From Acidimicrobiia bacterium (GTDB taxonomy: Bacteria > Actinomycetota > Acidimicrobiia > Spongiisociales > JAHEDJ01): DNA of 61,365 bases. The stretch lies in NCBI GenBank assembly GCA_029210695.1, contig JARGFH010000020.1:1-61365 (forward strand), given 5' to 3'. A model generated the notes under the pieces. It had not been told where the DNA came from, searched no databases, and saw only the letters and a list, made by a program, of their open reading frames with translations. Shown here piece by piece: positions 19,167 through 29,620 of the stretch (positions are counted from its first letter, which is position 1; every line of letters starts with the position of its first letter). The translations under genes and the position numbers were made by a program.

Positions 19167-20762
19167 TTAGCCGGTCTTGCCGGGGAACTCCACGATGTCG
19201 GCAGTTCTCCTCATCAGTCGATCAACCTCGATCATCGCTCGCACGACATTGGCATCGAACCGGCTGCCGGCGTGGGAGCGCAGCTCGGCGAATGCCTGCT
19301 CCGGCACCATCCGCGGCCGGTGTGGGCGGTCGGACGTCATCGCGTCGTACGCATCTGCCACCAAAACGATTCTGGCGAACAGCGGGATGTCCGCTTCCTT
19401 CAGCCGGCGTGGATACCCCTCGCCGTCTAGTTGTTCGTGATGACACAACACGGCGTCTGCGACGTCTTCGTGCACGGCATCGGCAATCAGCTCGAATCCA
19501 CTGGCCGCATGCGCACGGATGACCGCCCAATCCTCATCGTTGAGTGATTCGGTCTTGAGCAACACCGAATCGGGAACGGCGAGCATTCCGACATCGTGGA
19601 GCAGGCCGGTCAATCTGAGCCGTTCGAGCTCGAAGACCTTCAGTTCCAGCACCGTTCCAATCTGGGTCGACAGCTCCGCAACCCGCACCGAGTGATCGGC
19701 CAGCCACGGCGCCCGCATGCGCAAGGCGGCGAGCAACGTTCCCACCACCGGCGTCATCGAGGTGAGCGACCGACCGGAGCCGGCGAATGCCGGCGCTCCA
19801 CCACTCAGTCTCGTGCAGTTCTTTCCCGCCCGCTTGGCCGAGTACAGCGCCCGGTCGGCGGCCTCGACCATGTCCTTGGGCGACTGTGCATCATGTGGGA
19901 AGACCGAAACACCGAGGCTGACCGTCACCTGCCCGACCCCAGACATGGGCTGGTCGGCAACGGCCAGACGGATACGCTCTGCCGCCTGGATCGCCCCTTC
20001 GGCATCCGTTTCCGGCATGATGATCCCGAACTCCTCACCACCAACGCGGCAGGCGATGTCGACCTCCCGGATCTGCCTCCGAAAAGCTTCCCCCATCCCC
20101 CGCAGCACAGCATCGCCGGTGCTGTGGCCGTAGTTGTCGTTGACCGCCTTGAAATCATCGATGTCTGCCATGACTACGGCCAGCGGACGGTCGTAGCGAC
20201 GGGCGCGCTCGAGTTCCTCACTCAGTCGATCGAAGAAGTATCCATGATTCTTGAGGCCGGTTAGCCAGTCGGTAACGGAGAGCGCTTGCAGTTGCGTGAC
20301 GGACTGTTCGAGCTCTTCGTTCCGCTCTCGCTCACGCTCGTAGAGCCGGCTGATTTCCTCGAGCACCGGTCTGCTGGCCTCCGCCGAGAGAAGGCCGGAA
20401 CCGCTGGAGACAGCCCGGATGGCGCCGATCAGATCCGCAGGTTTGCCTTTCACGACATAGGCGGCAGTGCCGGTAGACACCATCTCGCCGAGATGGGCCA
20501 CATCACCGAACGACGCGATCGCGACGATCTCGAGGCGTTGGGCCGAGAGGTCGCGCAGCCGTCTGGCCGCCGTAACAGCACCCATGCCCGGGAGTGCGAC
20601 GTCGATGACGGCCACAGTCGGGGACATGACGCGAGCGCGCTGGATCGCTTCCTCACCGGTGGAGGCTTCCACGACGACTTCGAAACCGGCTCCGACCAGC
20701 ACACTCGCGGTGGCGGCTCGGGCCGTTGCATCGTCATCGACGAGCATCACTCGAATGTCCAG
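19167..20762 (-). CDS. Response-regulator diguanylate cyclase/phosphodiesterase (REC-GGDEF-HD-GYP)
   Basis: REC (VDDD...IDVALP...YVVK), DWLTGL, I-site REVD, GGEEF, LLHDVG, HHEQLDGEGYP; probable CTG start at 20762 after GGAGG (track start GTG 20750). Confidence 0.9.
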   Translation of the reverse strand: MDIRVMLVDDDATARAATASVLVGAGFEVVVEASTGEEAIQRARVMSPTVAVIDVALPGMGAVTAARRLRDLSAQRLEIVAIASFGDVAHLGEMVSTGTAAYVVKGKPADLIGAIRAVSSGSGLLSAEASRPVLEEISRLYERERERNEELEQSVTQLQALSVTDWLTGLKNHGYFFDRLSEELERARRYDRPLAVVMADIDDFKAVNDNYGHSTGDAVLRGMGEAFRRQIREVDIACRVGGEEFGIIMPETDAEGAIQAAERIRLAVADQPMSGVGQVTVSLGVSVFPHDAQSPKDMVEAADRALYSAKRAGKNCTRLSGGAPAFAGSGRSLTSMTPVVGTLLAALRMRAPWLADHSVRVAELSTQIGTVLELKVFELERLRLTGLLHDVGMLAVPDSVLLKTESLNDEDWAVIRAHAASGFELIADAVHEDVADAVLCHHEQLDGEGYPRRLKEADIPLFARIVLVADAYDAMTSDRPHRPRMVPEQAFAELRSHAGSRFDANVVRAMIEVDRLMRRTADIVEFPGKTG

Positions 20763-20795
20763 GGCGGTCCTCCGCGTCGATAGCTTCTGTATTCC

Positions 20796-20823
20796 TATCG
20801 GCGCGAAACCGGAGGTCGTTGAG
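20796..20823 (-). promoter_or_regulatory. Putative sigma-28 (FliA/WhiG-type) promoter
   Basis: Minus strand CTCA-N17-GCCGATA upstream of the c-di-GMP gene. Confidence 0.45.
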
Positions 20824-20828
20824 GAACT

Positions 20829-21365
20829 CTATGAACCGATCTCGTAGCCTGGCACATCCTGGAATGGTCCCTCAAAGGAGACCGACGTTCCGTCGACGAG
20901 TTTCAGCAAATAGTGGGCGTCGAGGTCGGCCTTCTGGTCGTCGGTGAGATCGGCCGGGTCGGCGAGCACGAGCTCGAGCACCGACGGGTCGTCGATCACA
21001 TGTGCTTCAGCGACGGGCCCGAACGTGTCGACGACGTCGAGAATCACCTGTTCGAGCTCGTGATCGGTGACACCACTGCCGTCGTCATCCAGGACGATCA
21101 CGAGGAGATCACCGTTGTCACCGGGACTCCGATGCACGACCTCGTAGGTCGGCAGCGCAGCTACTTCCGACGTCGTGGTTGTCGATCCATCGTTGCTTCC
21201 AGGCGTGTCTACGCCGCCCGAGTCACCGGAGGTATCACCGCTCAGGACGCTGGTGGTCGTCGCCGACGCCTCATCTGCGAGCGTCGTCGTGCTCTCGTCG
21301 TCCCCGCTACAAGCTGCTCCTGCAAGGACGGCGATGAGAAATGGGATCAGGAATCGTATGCGCAT
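20829..21365 (-). CDS. Acidic Thr/Ser-rich lipoprotein
   Basis: GGAGG RBS, MRIRFLIPFLIAVLAGAAC lipoprotein signal, T/S-rich linker. Confidence 0.8.
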   Translation of the reverse strand: MRIRFLIPFLIAVLAGAACSGDDESTTTLADEASATTTSVLSGDTSGDSGGVDTPGSNDGSTTTTSEVAALPTYEVVHRSPGDNGDLLVIVLDDDGSGVTDHELEQVILDVVDTFGPVAEAHVIDDPSVLELVLADPADLTDDQKADLDAHYLLKLVDGTSVSFEGPFQDVPGYEIGS

Positions 21366-21437
21366 GACCCTCCAACGTACACGACCATCGCCAAAGTTCC
21401 CCATCAACCGACGAACAGGCAGGGTAAGATCTGACAG

Positions 21438-22748
21438 GTGAGGCGGATTTGCTGGGAATTCGTGCTGGTTGTGCTCGTATTGGCTGCATCGACGGGTCCC
21501 GTCGTCGCGCAGGAAGCAACTACGGATCTCCCGACCTGCGCGCCGGTCACGCTGGAAGACCTGTTTCCCGAGTTGTACGGACCGGAGGCAATCCCCGCCG
21601 ATGATCCAACTGCTGAGGTCCCTCCGGTTGAAGAACCGCCCACGGATGTACCCCCGGTAGAAGAGACCCCGGTAGAAGAGACCCCGGCAGAAGAGGCCCC
21701 GGCAGAAGCTCCCCCCATCGAGGAACCGGCTGAGCCGGCCTGCACACCGTTCGTCTACAACCTCGTCTACCCGGTGGCCGGGAAATCTGTGGCCGTATCC
21801 TCGTTCGGCGCGGACCGCTCCGATCACCAGCACGCCGGCAACGATGTCGCGGCAGCGTCTCTCACCCCGGTAGTGGCGGCGGCGAACGGCCGCGTTTCCT
21901 GGGTGGCTCCGGAATGCTGCGCGCTGGCCATCCGCCATGACGACGGCTGGACCACCTGGTACATCCACCTCAACAACGATACGTTCGGCACGGATGACGG
22001 CCTCGGATGGGGCATCGCGCCCGGCCTGGCGGTCGACACGGTGGTTACGGCCGGACAAATTATCGGCTGGGTCGGCGATTCCGGCAATGCCGAAGACTCG
22101 CAACCACACCTTCATTTCGAGTTGCGGGATCCGTCGGGAACTGCCGTCGACCCGGCGCCCAGCCTCTCGGCAGGAAGTCGGCCGACTGAGATCCAGGACT
22201 TCCGCGGCCCATTCGCCGACGACGATGGAAGCCCGTTTGCAGAGGCGATCTCGACCCTGACCTCGGTGGGTCTTCTCACGGGATGTGGCGATGACCCGGC
22301 CGCCTTCTGCCCGGATACGCCAATAAGCGGCCTCGAGATCGCCACTCTGGTGGAGCGCATCACCGACCTGGACATCACCGACGTGCGGCTGGCGAGAAGT
22401 CCGGAAGGTCCCTGGCAAGACAGGTTGAGAAGCAGGACCGGTTTCGTCCGGCCGCCACGGGCGTTGTCGTCGTGCGCGCTCAAAGCATTCTGCACCAACG
22501 ACCTCATCACCTTCGAGGATCTGAGAGAGCTGGCGGCCCTCCTGCTGGAAATGAACACGACCGAACTCGATACGCTCATGACCGTCGAGGATCTGGCCGG
22601 TTCGCTGTTGGAGCAGAGCGACGGCAGCACTCCGCTCGCCTACTGCAGCCCCTCTCTCACCCGGTACGTTACGAATGGAGAAATGGCAGAGATGATTGCC
22701 AGGGCGCTGGGAATGGTCGGCCCACCGCCATGTGATCAGATCGAGTGA
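21438..22748 (+). CDS. M23 family peptidoglycan endopeptidase with Pro/Glu linker and SLH-like domain
   Basis: Signal peptide, (P/V)EE(T/A)P repeats, HAGND (HxxxD), YIHLNND, PHLHFE, FADDDGSPFAEAI...GLLTGC...FCPD. Confidence 0.85.
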   Translation: MRRICWEFVLVVLVLAASTGPVVAQEATTDLPTCAPVTLEDLFPELYGPEAIPADDPTAEVPPVEEPPTDVPPVEETPVEETPAEEAPAEAPPIEEPAEPACTPFVYNLVYPVAGKSVAVSSFGADRSDHQHAGNDVAAASLTPVVAAANGRVSWVAPECCALAIRHDDGWTTWYIHLNNDTFGTDDGLGWGIAPGLAVDTVVTAGQIIGWVGDSGNAEDSQPHLHFELRDPSGTAVDPAPSLSAGSRPTEIQDFRGPFADDDGSPFAEAISTLTSVGLLTGCGDDPAAFCPDTPISGLEIATLVERITDLDITDVRLARSPEGPWQDRLRSRTGFVRPPRALSSCALKAFCTNDLITFEDLRELAALLLEMNTTELDTLMTVEDLAGSLLEQSDGSTPLAYCSPSLTRYVTNGEMAEMIARALGMVGPPPCDQIE

Positions 22749-23569
22749 GTAGCTGCCAGGACCCGTTCCCTGAACGCGGCGCCCAACGCTCGAGTGACCG
22801 GCCCGCCGGCGAATCTGCGCTCCCCGACCCGGCTGACCGACGTCACCTCTTTCACGGTCGACAGGACGAAGAACTCCTGCGCGCGATCGAGTCGCTCCGT
22901 CGGGAAACGGCCCTGGCGCACTTTTATGCCCAGGTCGGCCGCTACCTCCAGGGTCACCGTTCGGGTGATCGAGCTGAGAATGCCAAGGTCGAGTGACGGG
23001 GTCTCAACTACTCCATCGACGACCCAGCCGACCGAATTCGTCGGGCCCTCGAGCATGATCCCTTCCCTACTGACCAGCAATGCGTCGTCGAATCCTGCCG
23101 ACTTCGCCATGCGCACGGATGCCATGTTCGGTCCGTATGAGAGGCCCTTCACTCCTGCCAGCTTCCAGGGGAACCCTCCGGAATGCCAGGGGGCCGATAT
23201 CTCAACGAGCGTGATGGAGGACGGGAGGAGGGGCAGTTCCTCCCAAAAGACGATCAGCCTGGGCGGGGCGTCGATGTGTACATCCGTTCCGCCCCGGGTG
23301 GCGATGACCCGCACCACACAATCCCCGCCGTCGGCGGCGGCTGTCTCTACCCAATCGGCGATCAAGCTTCGATCCGGCAGCATCGTCCCCATACCGAGCA
23401 CGGCCGCGCTGTTCATGAGCCGATCCAGGTGAGCATCTACGGCGAAGGCGACGCCGTCGTACGACCGGAGAGCCTCAAAACAGCCGTCACCTCGCACGAC
23501 CCCCCAGTCGAACACGGAGATAGAGGCAGTGACGGGGTCGACCTCTTTGCCGTCTATCAGAACTCGCAT
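22736..23569 (-). CDS. Class IV PLP aminotransferase (IlvE/PabC/D-amino-acid transaminase-like)
   Basis: DWGVVRGDGCFE, HLDRL, VKGLSY, EGPTNS, LSSITR. Confidence 0.88.
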   Translation of the reverse strand: MRVLIDGKEVDPVTASISVFDWGVVRGDGCFEALRSYDGVAFAVDAHLDRLMNSAAVLGMGTMLPDRSLIADWVETAAADGGDCVVRVIATRGGTDVHIDAPPRLIVFWEELPLLPSSITLVEISAPWHSGGFPWKLAGVKGLSYGPNMASVRMAKSAGFDDALLVSREGIMLEGPTNSVGWVVDGVVETPSLDLGILSSITRTVTLEVAADLGIKVRQGRFPTERLDRAQEFFVLSTVKEVTSVSRVGERRFAGGPVTRALGAAFRERVLAATHSI

Positions 23570-23678
23570 GCGGGAGAGGCTAGCCGGTGGGAGAAAGGCA
23601 GCAGGCCGCAAGTCATCGGCCCTCCGGAGTTGGTTGAGGCAGTCGGGGCCGCGCGGATTCTCAGTGTGTCCGAAGTCG

Positions 23679-25388
23679 CTAACGGCCCTGGTAGCCGTTC
23701 GTGATCGGGAGCCTGCGGTCCTTTCCGAACGCCTTGGTCGTGATCTTCACACCCGGCGCCGCCTGCCGCCGCTTGTACTCGTTCTGATCCACCAGACGGG
23801 CGACTCGGGCAACAACGTCCGGGGCGAAGCCACGGGCAACTACACCGGCCACCGACAGGTCGTCCTCGACGTATCCACGCAGAATCCCGTCCAACTCGTC
23901 GTAATCGGGAAGGCTGTCGCTATCCAGTTGGCCGGGTCGCAACTCGGCAGACGGCGGTTTCTCGATGATGGAAGGAGGGATCACCTCACGCTCGGTGTTG
24001 CGCCATGCGGCCAAGCGATAGACAAGGGTCTTCAAGACGTCTTTCAGGACCGCGTAGCCGCCTGCCATGTCCCCGTAGAGAGTGGCATAGCCGACGGCCA
24101 TCTCGGACTTGTTGCCGGTCGCCACGACCATTCCTCCGAACTTGTTCGAGACCGCCATGAGGATGGCCCCCCGGATACGGGCCTGCAGGTTCTCCTCGGC
24201 CACTCCAAACGGCTCACCGGCAAACACCGGCTTCAGCGTTTGTAGATAGGCCTCGAACACGTCGTCCATCGGCACGACCTCAAAGCGAATCCCCAATCGT
24301 TCGGCCAGGTCACGCGAGTCGGTAACCGAACCTTCGGAGCTGAAGCGAGAGGGCATTGAGATCCCCAACACCTGCTCCGGCCCAAGGGCGTCTGCGGCGA
24401 GGGCTGCGGTCAGTGCCGAATCGATGCCTCCTGAGAGTCCGATTACCACATGGTGGAAACCGTTCTTGCGAACATAGTCCCGCAGTCCAACCACAAGCGC
24501 CCCGTACACCTCCGCCTCGGGTGGGTCGAGTAGCGGGACCGGTGCAAGCGGTTCGAGTGGGCGACGTTCGGCCCGGCCGGATGAGATCGAGTCGATGACG
24601 CGACTCGATCGCCGCTCGGAGATCGGCACGTCGACCACAAAGAAGTGCTCGACGAACTGGGGCGCCCGGTAGAGGACGGTCCCGTCGGCGGCCAGCACGA
24701 GACTGGCACCGTCGAAGACGAGCTCGTCCTGCCCCCCGACCTGATTGACGTATACGAGCGGAACGCCCGCCTCGAGCGTGCGCTGCCGCAACATCGCTTC
24801 GCGCTCGGTGGCTTTGCCGTAATGGAAGGGCGAGGCGTTGATGTTCAGCAACACCTGTGCGCCGCCGGCTGCCTGGTGCGCCGGAGGCCCGGCGGCAACC
24901 CAGATGTCCTCACATACGGATACACCGGCTGCAACTCCGTCCAATCCCCACAGGGCAGCTCCATTGCCCCCCCGGATGAAGTAGCGGGTCTCGTCGAAAA
25001 CGCCGTAGTCGGGCAGCAGGACCTTGTGATACACCCCCCGTACCGCACCGTCGTACAGAAGCCCCGCCGCATTGGCGAGCGTTCGCTCGATAGCATCGCT
25101 GGTGGCAATCCGCCCGACTACGACCCGGTCTACGAATCCGAGCAGCGTCACCGTTCGGCGAGAAGCCGATGCCAGTCGGTGGAGCACTTCGAGGTTGGCG
25201 TCGATGAATCCCTGGCGCAACAACAGATCCTCCGGCGGGTAGCCGGTGATGGCGAGCTCAGGCAGAACCAACACGTCGGCGTGCTGTTCCTCCGCTTTCG
25301 CCATCGCACTTAGGATCTTCTCCTCGTTGCCGGGGAGGTCGCCCACTACCAGATCGAGTTGCGCACCCGCTACGCGAAGGTTTTGCAT
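23679..25388 (-). CDS. nadE: Glutamine-dependent NAD+ synthetase
   Basis: CN-hydrolase PEL...YPPEDL, CEDIW; SGGIDS, ENLQARIRG, GNKSE, PPSAEL, EYKRRQ. Confidence 0.97.
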   Translation of the reverse strand: MQNLRVAGAQLDLVVGDLPGNEEKILSAMAKAEEQHADVLVLPELAITGYPPEDLLLRQGFIDANLEVLHRLASASRRTVTLLGFVDRVVVGRIATSDAIERTLANAAGLLYDGAVRGVYHKVLLPDYGVFDETRYFIRGGNGAALWGLDGVAAGVSVCEDIWVAAGPPAHQAAGGAQVLLNINASPFHYGKATEREAMLRQRTLEAGVPLVYVNQVGGQDELVFDGASLVLAADGTVLYRAPQFVEHFFVVDVPISERRSSRVIDSISSGRAERRPLEPLAPVPLLDPPEAEVYGALVVGLRDYVRKNGFHHVVIGLSGGIDSALTAALAADALGPEQVLGISMPSRFSSEGSVTDSRDLAERLGIRFEVVPMDDVFEAYLQTLKPVFAGEPFGVAEENLQARIRGAILMAVSNKFGGMVVATGNKSEMAVGYATLYGDMAGGYAVLKDVLKTLVYRLAAWRNTEREVIPPSIIEKPPSAELRPGQLDSDSLPDYDELDGILRGYVEDDLSVAGVVARGFAPDVVARVARLVDQNEYKRRQAAPGVKITTKAFGKDRRLPITNGYQGR

Positions 25389-25429
25389 AGGCGTAGCTTA
25401 GGAACGAGTCAACCAACGCAAAGGCAGGA

Positions 25430-28357
25430 ATGCACGGCGACAGGTCACCATCGCGATACGGCATCTGGCCTGAACTGGTCCCGCTCCTGGCGCAGGCCGG
25501 GTGGCTCACCAACGGTGTGGTCTGCGAACCGGCCGTCCCCCTGTTGCGGGCCGTCCGTTCGGGGCCCGATCCGGAGGGAGCGCTCGAGCGCATCGCTGCC
25601 ATCCTCGATCGAGATCCGGGGGTCGCCGCCAGGGCGCTGGCGGACCTCCAGTTCGGTCTGGCGCTGGTGGCAGTGGCGGGGGCCAGTCGCGTTCTCTCCC
25701 AGCGAATACTCAATGAGCCGAGCATGCTGCCGGGACCCACCGATGGCCGACCTCCGCAGCCGGGCTTGGCCGACACGCAGGCCGATGCACTCCGCGCGGT
25801 GCGGCGCTTCGTTCAGGCCTCGATGCTCGGAATCGCCGTGCGCGACCTCATGGGCTACGACGACCTCGTCGCCGTCGGTCGAGAGCTGGCGGAGCTGGCC
25901 GATCGGGCGGCGGCGCTCGCACTCGAATCCGCCCATCGGGAAGTGCGCACCACGCCGCGCTACGCCGATCTGCCTCCTGTTCCCATCGCGATCGTTGCCA
26001 TGGGGAAGTGGGGTGGCCTAGAGCTCAACTATTCCTCGGATATCGACGTCCTGTTCGTTCACAGCAATCCCCCGTCCATGGATGTGGGGCGAGCAGCCGA
26101 CTACGCCGGGCGAGTCTGCGCCACCTTCATGGCGACCCTCTCCCAGATCACCTCCGAAGGCGCCGCCTATCGGGTCGACGCCGATCTACGACCCGAAGGG
26201 AAGAACGGTCCCCTGGTGCGCGACGTGGACTCGTACCGGGCCTACTACGAGCGCTGGGCCAGCACCTGGGAATTCCAGGCGCTCATCAAGGCGCGTCCGG
26301 CGGCCGGCGATATTGCCCTCGGTGCTTCCTTCCTCGCCGCTATCGAGCCTTTTGTCTATCCCGAGACACTCGACCCGTCGGCCGTGCGAGAGGTCCGGGA
26401 GATGAAGGGACGCATCGAGGGGCGGGCCGCCGAGCAGGGGGTTGACGAAGCGGAGATCAAGCGTGGAATCGGGGGAATCCGGGACGTCGAATTCGCAGTG
26501 CAACTACTGCAACTGGTGCATGGGAGATTCGATGCCAACTTGCGTTCGCCGAACACGCTGAGAACCCTTCACACACTCGCCGACGAAGGGTATGTCGGCC
26601 GGCCGGACGCGGAGGCGATGGCGACTGCATACGTGTGGTTGCGCACACTCGAGCACCGGATCCAGCTGGTGGACCTTCGCCAAACCCACATGCTCCCCGA
26701 ATCCACCCCGGAGCGCGAACGTCTCGCCAAGGCGATGACCTACCGGGACGGCGCCACCGGATCGGCCCTCGCCTCATTCGAGCATGATCTGGTCACACAC
26801 CGGAGCGTGGTGCGAACCATTCACGAGCGTCTCTTCTACCGCCCGCTACTCGAGGCCTTTGCCGCCTCACCGACGGTTGCCCTCACCGCCGAAGGTGCGG
26901 CTCGCCAGCTTTCGGCACTCGGGTTCAGAGACGTCGCCGGGGCGCGTCGCGCAGTGGTGGATCTAACCACCGGCCTGTCCAGGCGTTCCAAGCTGATGCA
27001 GCAAACGCTCCCGTTGTTGCTTGAGTGGCTGTCACGCTCGCCGGATCCGGATCTCGGTCTGGAGCAACTCCGGGTTCTGGTCACGACCACGAAAGACAAC
27101 ACCCCGCTCATTGCAGTACTTCGTGACAACCCGGTAGCTGCGGAGCGACTCTGCTATCTGCTCGGCGCAAGCCGCGTGGCCGGTCGGTTCATCGACCGCA
27201 TCCCGCGCATCCTCCCGGAACTCGGTGACGACATTCGCATCCGCCGACCCATGAACCCAACGGAAGTGACAAGAGACGCAGTCGAGTACGTCATGTTGCG
27301 TCCGACCTATGACCGCCGATTGAACGCATTGCGGAGATACGTGCGCAGCGCAACGCTGCGCATCATCGCCAGGGATCTGCTCGACTTGAGCGGGGAGCAA
27401 TTGCCGGCCAGGGAGCTCGCCGACCTGGCAGACGGAGCCGTCGCCGCCGCCTTGCAGGTGGCCGGGGACGAATTCGCGGATACACCAAATGCCGGGCTCT
27501 CTTTCTCAGTCATTGCCATGGGCAAATGGGGGGGCCGGTCGCTCGACTACCCATCTGATCTCGATGTTCTCTTTGTCTACGACGCCCCCGAAGATCTCCA
27601 CGGAGAGCCCGCTCGCCAAGCTGCCGATGAACTCGCCCGCCGGTTCAGCGCCGCGCTGGGAAAGGTGACCCAGGAGGGCATTGCCTTCAGAATCGATCCG
27701 GGGCTGCGACCAGAGGGCAAGGACGGTCCACTCGCCCGCACACTGGACGGATACCGGCAATATTACGAACGCTGGTCGGCGGTCTGGGAACATCAGGCGC
27801 TCATTAGGGCGCGTTGTGCCGGCGGCGACCCTGAACTGGGCGAACGTTTCGTTGCCATGGCAGGCGTATTCGCATTTCCGGATCACCTCTCATCGGAGGC
27901 CGTCCGCGAGATCCGAACAATGAAGGCTCGCATCGAAGCCGAGCGGATACCTCCAGGTGAGGATCCCGATTTCCATTTCAAATTGGGCAGAGGAGGTCTC
28001 GTCGATATCGAGTTTCTCGTCCAACTGCTGCAGATGCGCGGCGGAGCGTTGGTGCCGGCACTGCGCGCCCCGGCGACGCTCGTGGCTATCGCCGGCGCCG
28101 TCGACGCCGATCTGCTGAGTGCTCAGGAAGGCGACAGCCTCACAGCCGCCCACCAGTTCTGCACGAAGATCCGCAACCGCCTCTACATCCAGACGGGCCG
28201 GGACATCGGCTCGCTGCCGACCGACCCGACCGAGCTTGCCCGCCTTGCTTTGTCACTCGGCTATCGAGGAGGCTCGGTCGGCAAGCTGCGTGAGGACTAC
28301 CGCCGGGTGACACGCCGGGCCCGTCGGGTCTTCGAACGACGTTTCTATGAGGATTGA
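25430..28357 (+). CDS. glnE: Bifunctional glutamine synthetase adenylyltransferase/adenylyl-removing enzyme
   Basis: Two NT domains: MGKWGGLELNYSSDIDV...LRPEGKNG and MGKWGGRSLDYPSDLDV...LRPEGKDG; KLGRGGLVDIEF. Confidence 0.95.
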   Translation: MHGDRSPSRYGIWPELVPLLAQAGWLTNGVVCEPAVPLLRAVRSGPDPEGALERIAAILDRDPGVAARALADLQFGLALVAVAGASRVLSQRILNEPSMLPGPTDGRPPQPGLADTQADALRAVRRFVQASMLGIAVRDLMGYDDLVAVGRELAELADRAAALALESAHREVRTTPRYADLPPVPIAIVAMGKWGGLELNYSSDIDVLFVHSNPPSMDVGRAADYAGRVCATFMATLSQITSEGAAYRVDADLRPEGKNGPLVRDVDSYRAYYERWASTWEFQALIKARPAAGDIALGASFLAAIEPFVYPETLDPSAVREVREMKGRIEGRAAEQGVDEAEIKRGIGGIRDVEFAVQLLQLVHGRFDANLRSPNTLRTLHTLADEGYVGRPDAEAMATAYVWLRTLEHRIQLVDLRQTHMLPESTPERERLAKAMTYRDGATGSALASFEHDLVTHRSVVRTIHERLFYRPLLEAFAASPTVALTAEGAARQLSALGFRDVAGARRAVVDLTTGLSRRSKLMQQTLPLLLEWLSRSPDPDLGLEQLRVLVTTTKDNTPLIAVLRDNPVAAERLCYLLGASRVAGRFIDRIPRILPELGDDIRIRRPMNPTEVTRDAVEYVMLRPTYDRRLNALRRYVRSATLRIIARDLLDLSGEQLPARELADLADGAVAAALQVAGDEFADTPNAGLSFSVIAMGKWGGRSLDYPSDLDVLFVYDAPEDLHGEPARQAADELARRFSAALGKVTQEGIAFRIDPGLRPEGKDGPLARTLDGYRQYYERWSAVWEHQALIRARCAGGDPELGERFVAMAGVFAFPDHLSSEAVREIRTMKARIEAERIPPGEDPDFHFKLGRGGLVDIEFLVQLLQMRGGALVPALRAPATLVAIAGAVDADLLSAQEGDSLTAAHQFCTKIRNRLYIQTGRDIGSLPTDPTELARLALSLGYRGGSVGKLREDYRRVTRRARRVFERRFYED

Positions 28358-28444
28358 GTCCGGCGACGCGGGCCGATCACGAAGCCGATACCATTGTGCC
28401 CCCGCCGGTTCTGTCACCCCGTCGGCGCGGTCAGGAAGGCAGCG

Positions 28445-29620
28445 ATGAATACCGATGTGAAGCGACTCCAGAAGATCGTCCGCGCGATCGCGCCGACCGC
28501 CATTGATCTCCGCAGGAAAATCCACGCGAATCCCGAACTGGGGAATGCAGAGCACGAAACGACCGCGTTGGTCGATGCGACCCTCCGCGACATCGGTATC
28601 CGGCCTCGAGTTCGACTCGGGCACACCGGTCTGACGGCTGATCTTGGAGAAGACGGCACCATGGTCGGGTTCCGTGCAGATCTCGACGCGTTGCCGATCA
28701 GCGAGGCGACAGGGCTTTCGTTTGCCTCGACCAACCCCGGCGTGATGCATGCGTGCGGACACGACGGCCACACCGCCATTGGCCTCGGCATTGCCCTCGT
28801 ACTTTCGGAGTACGGGAAGTTGCCGGGGAGGGTCCGATTCATATTCCAGCCTGCTGAGGAGATTTTCCCGGGTGGTGCTTTCGACATGGTGCGCGAGGGC
28901 GTGGTCGAAGACGTCTCTGCGCTGATTGCCTTTCATATGGACCCGACGCTGGCCGCCGGAAAGGTAGGCCTCAAGATTGGAGCCATCACCAGTTCGTCTG
29001 ATCGCTTCGAGATCACAATCAGCGGACCAGGCGGTCATACCGCCCGACCTCATGAGACGGTCGACGCCGTATACGCCGCCGGACGGGTCGTCACCGAACT
29101 GCCGACCCTCCTCAACCGAACGCTCGATGCCAGGACGCCGATGTCGCTCGTGTTCGGGACGATCCACGGAGGTAAGGCCGACAACGTCATACCAACCACC
29201 GTGACAATGACGGGAACCGTTCGCATCCTGGACAGGGACACCTGGGATTCAATGCCGGATCGGGTGCAGACGCTTGTGCGGGAGATCGTGGCACCGGTCC
29301 ACGCCACCGCCGATGTGCACTACCAACGAGGAATACCACCGGTGATCAACGACGCCAGCGTGCTGTCCGAGGTCGAGTTCGCCATTCACGAAGTACTCGG
29401 GACTCAGGCCATCGCGGCCACGCATGCCAGCCTCGGCGCTGAGGATTTCGCTCGCTTCCTCGATCTCGTCCCCGGAGCGTTGCTGCGACTCGGTTCCGCG
29501 GGCCATGACGAGAAGGTCGACCTGCACTCCGCCGCATTCGACATCAACGAAGACGCGATCGAGCACGGGATCCTGATCGGAGCGGCGAGCCTGCTGCGGC
29601 TGATGCAGTGCAAGTGGTAA
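28445..29620 (+). CDS. M20D family amidohydrolase
   Basis: HANPEL, RADLDALP, MHACGHDGH, FQPAEE, GGHTARPH, AEDF. Confidence 0.93.
   Translation: MNTDVKRLQKIVRAIAPTAIDLRRKIHANPELGNAEHETTALVDATLRDIGIRPRVRLGHTGLTADLGEDGTMVGFRADLDALPISEATGLSFASTNPGVMHACGHDGHTAIGLGIALVLSEYGKLPGRVRFIFQPAEEIFPGGAFDMVREGVVEDVSALIAFHMDPTLAAGKVGLKIGAITSSSDRFEITISGPGGHTARPHETVDAVYAAGRVVTELPTLLNRTLDARTPMSLVFGTIHGGKADNVIPTTVTMTGTVRILDRDTWDSMPDRVQTLVREIVAPVHATADVHYQRGIPPVINDASVLSEVEFAIHEVLGTQAIAATHASLGAEDFARFLDLVPGALLRLGSAGHDEKVDLHSAAFDINEDAIEHGILIGAASLLRLMQCKW

Noticed and set aside
21620..21740. 15-bp repeats in the M23 gene and Lys/Ala repeats at 35070-35280 as independent elements
   Set aside because: In-frame low-complexity protein linkers/tails
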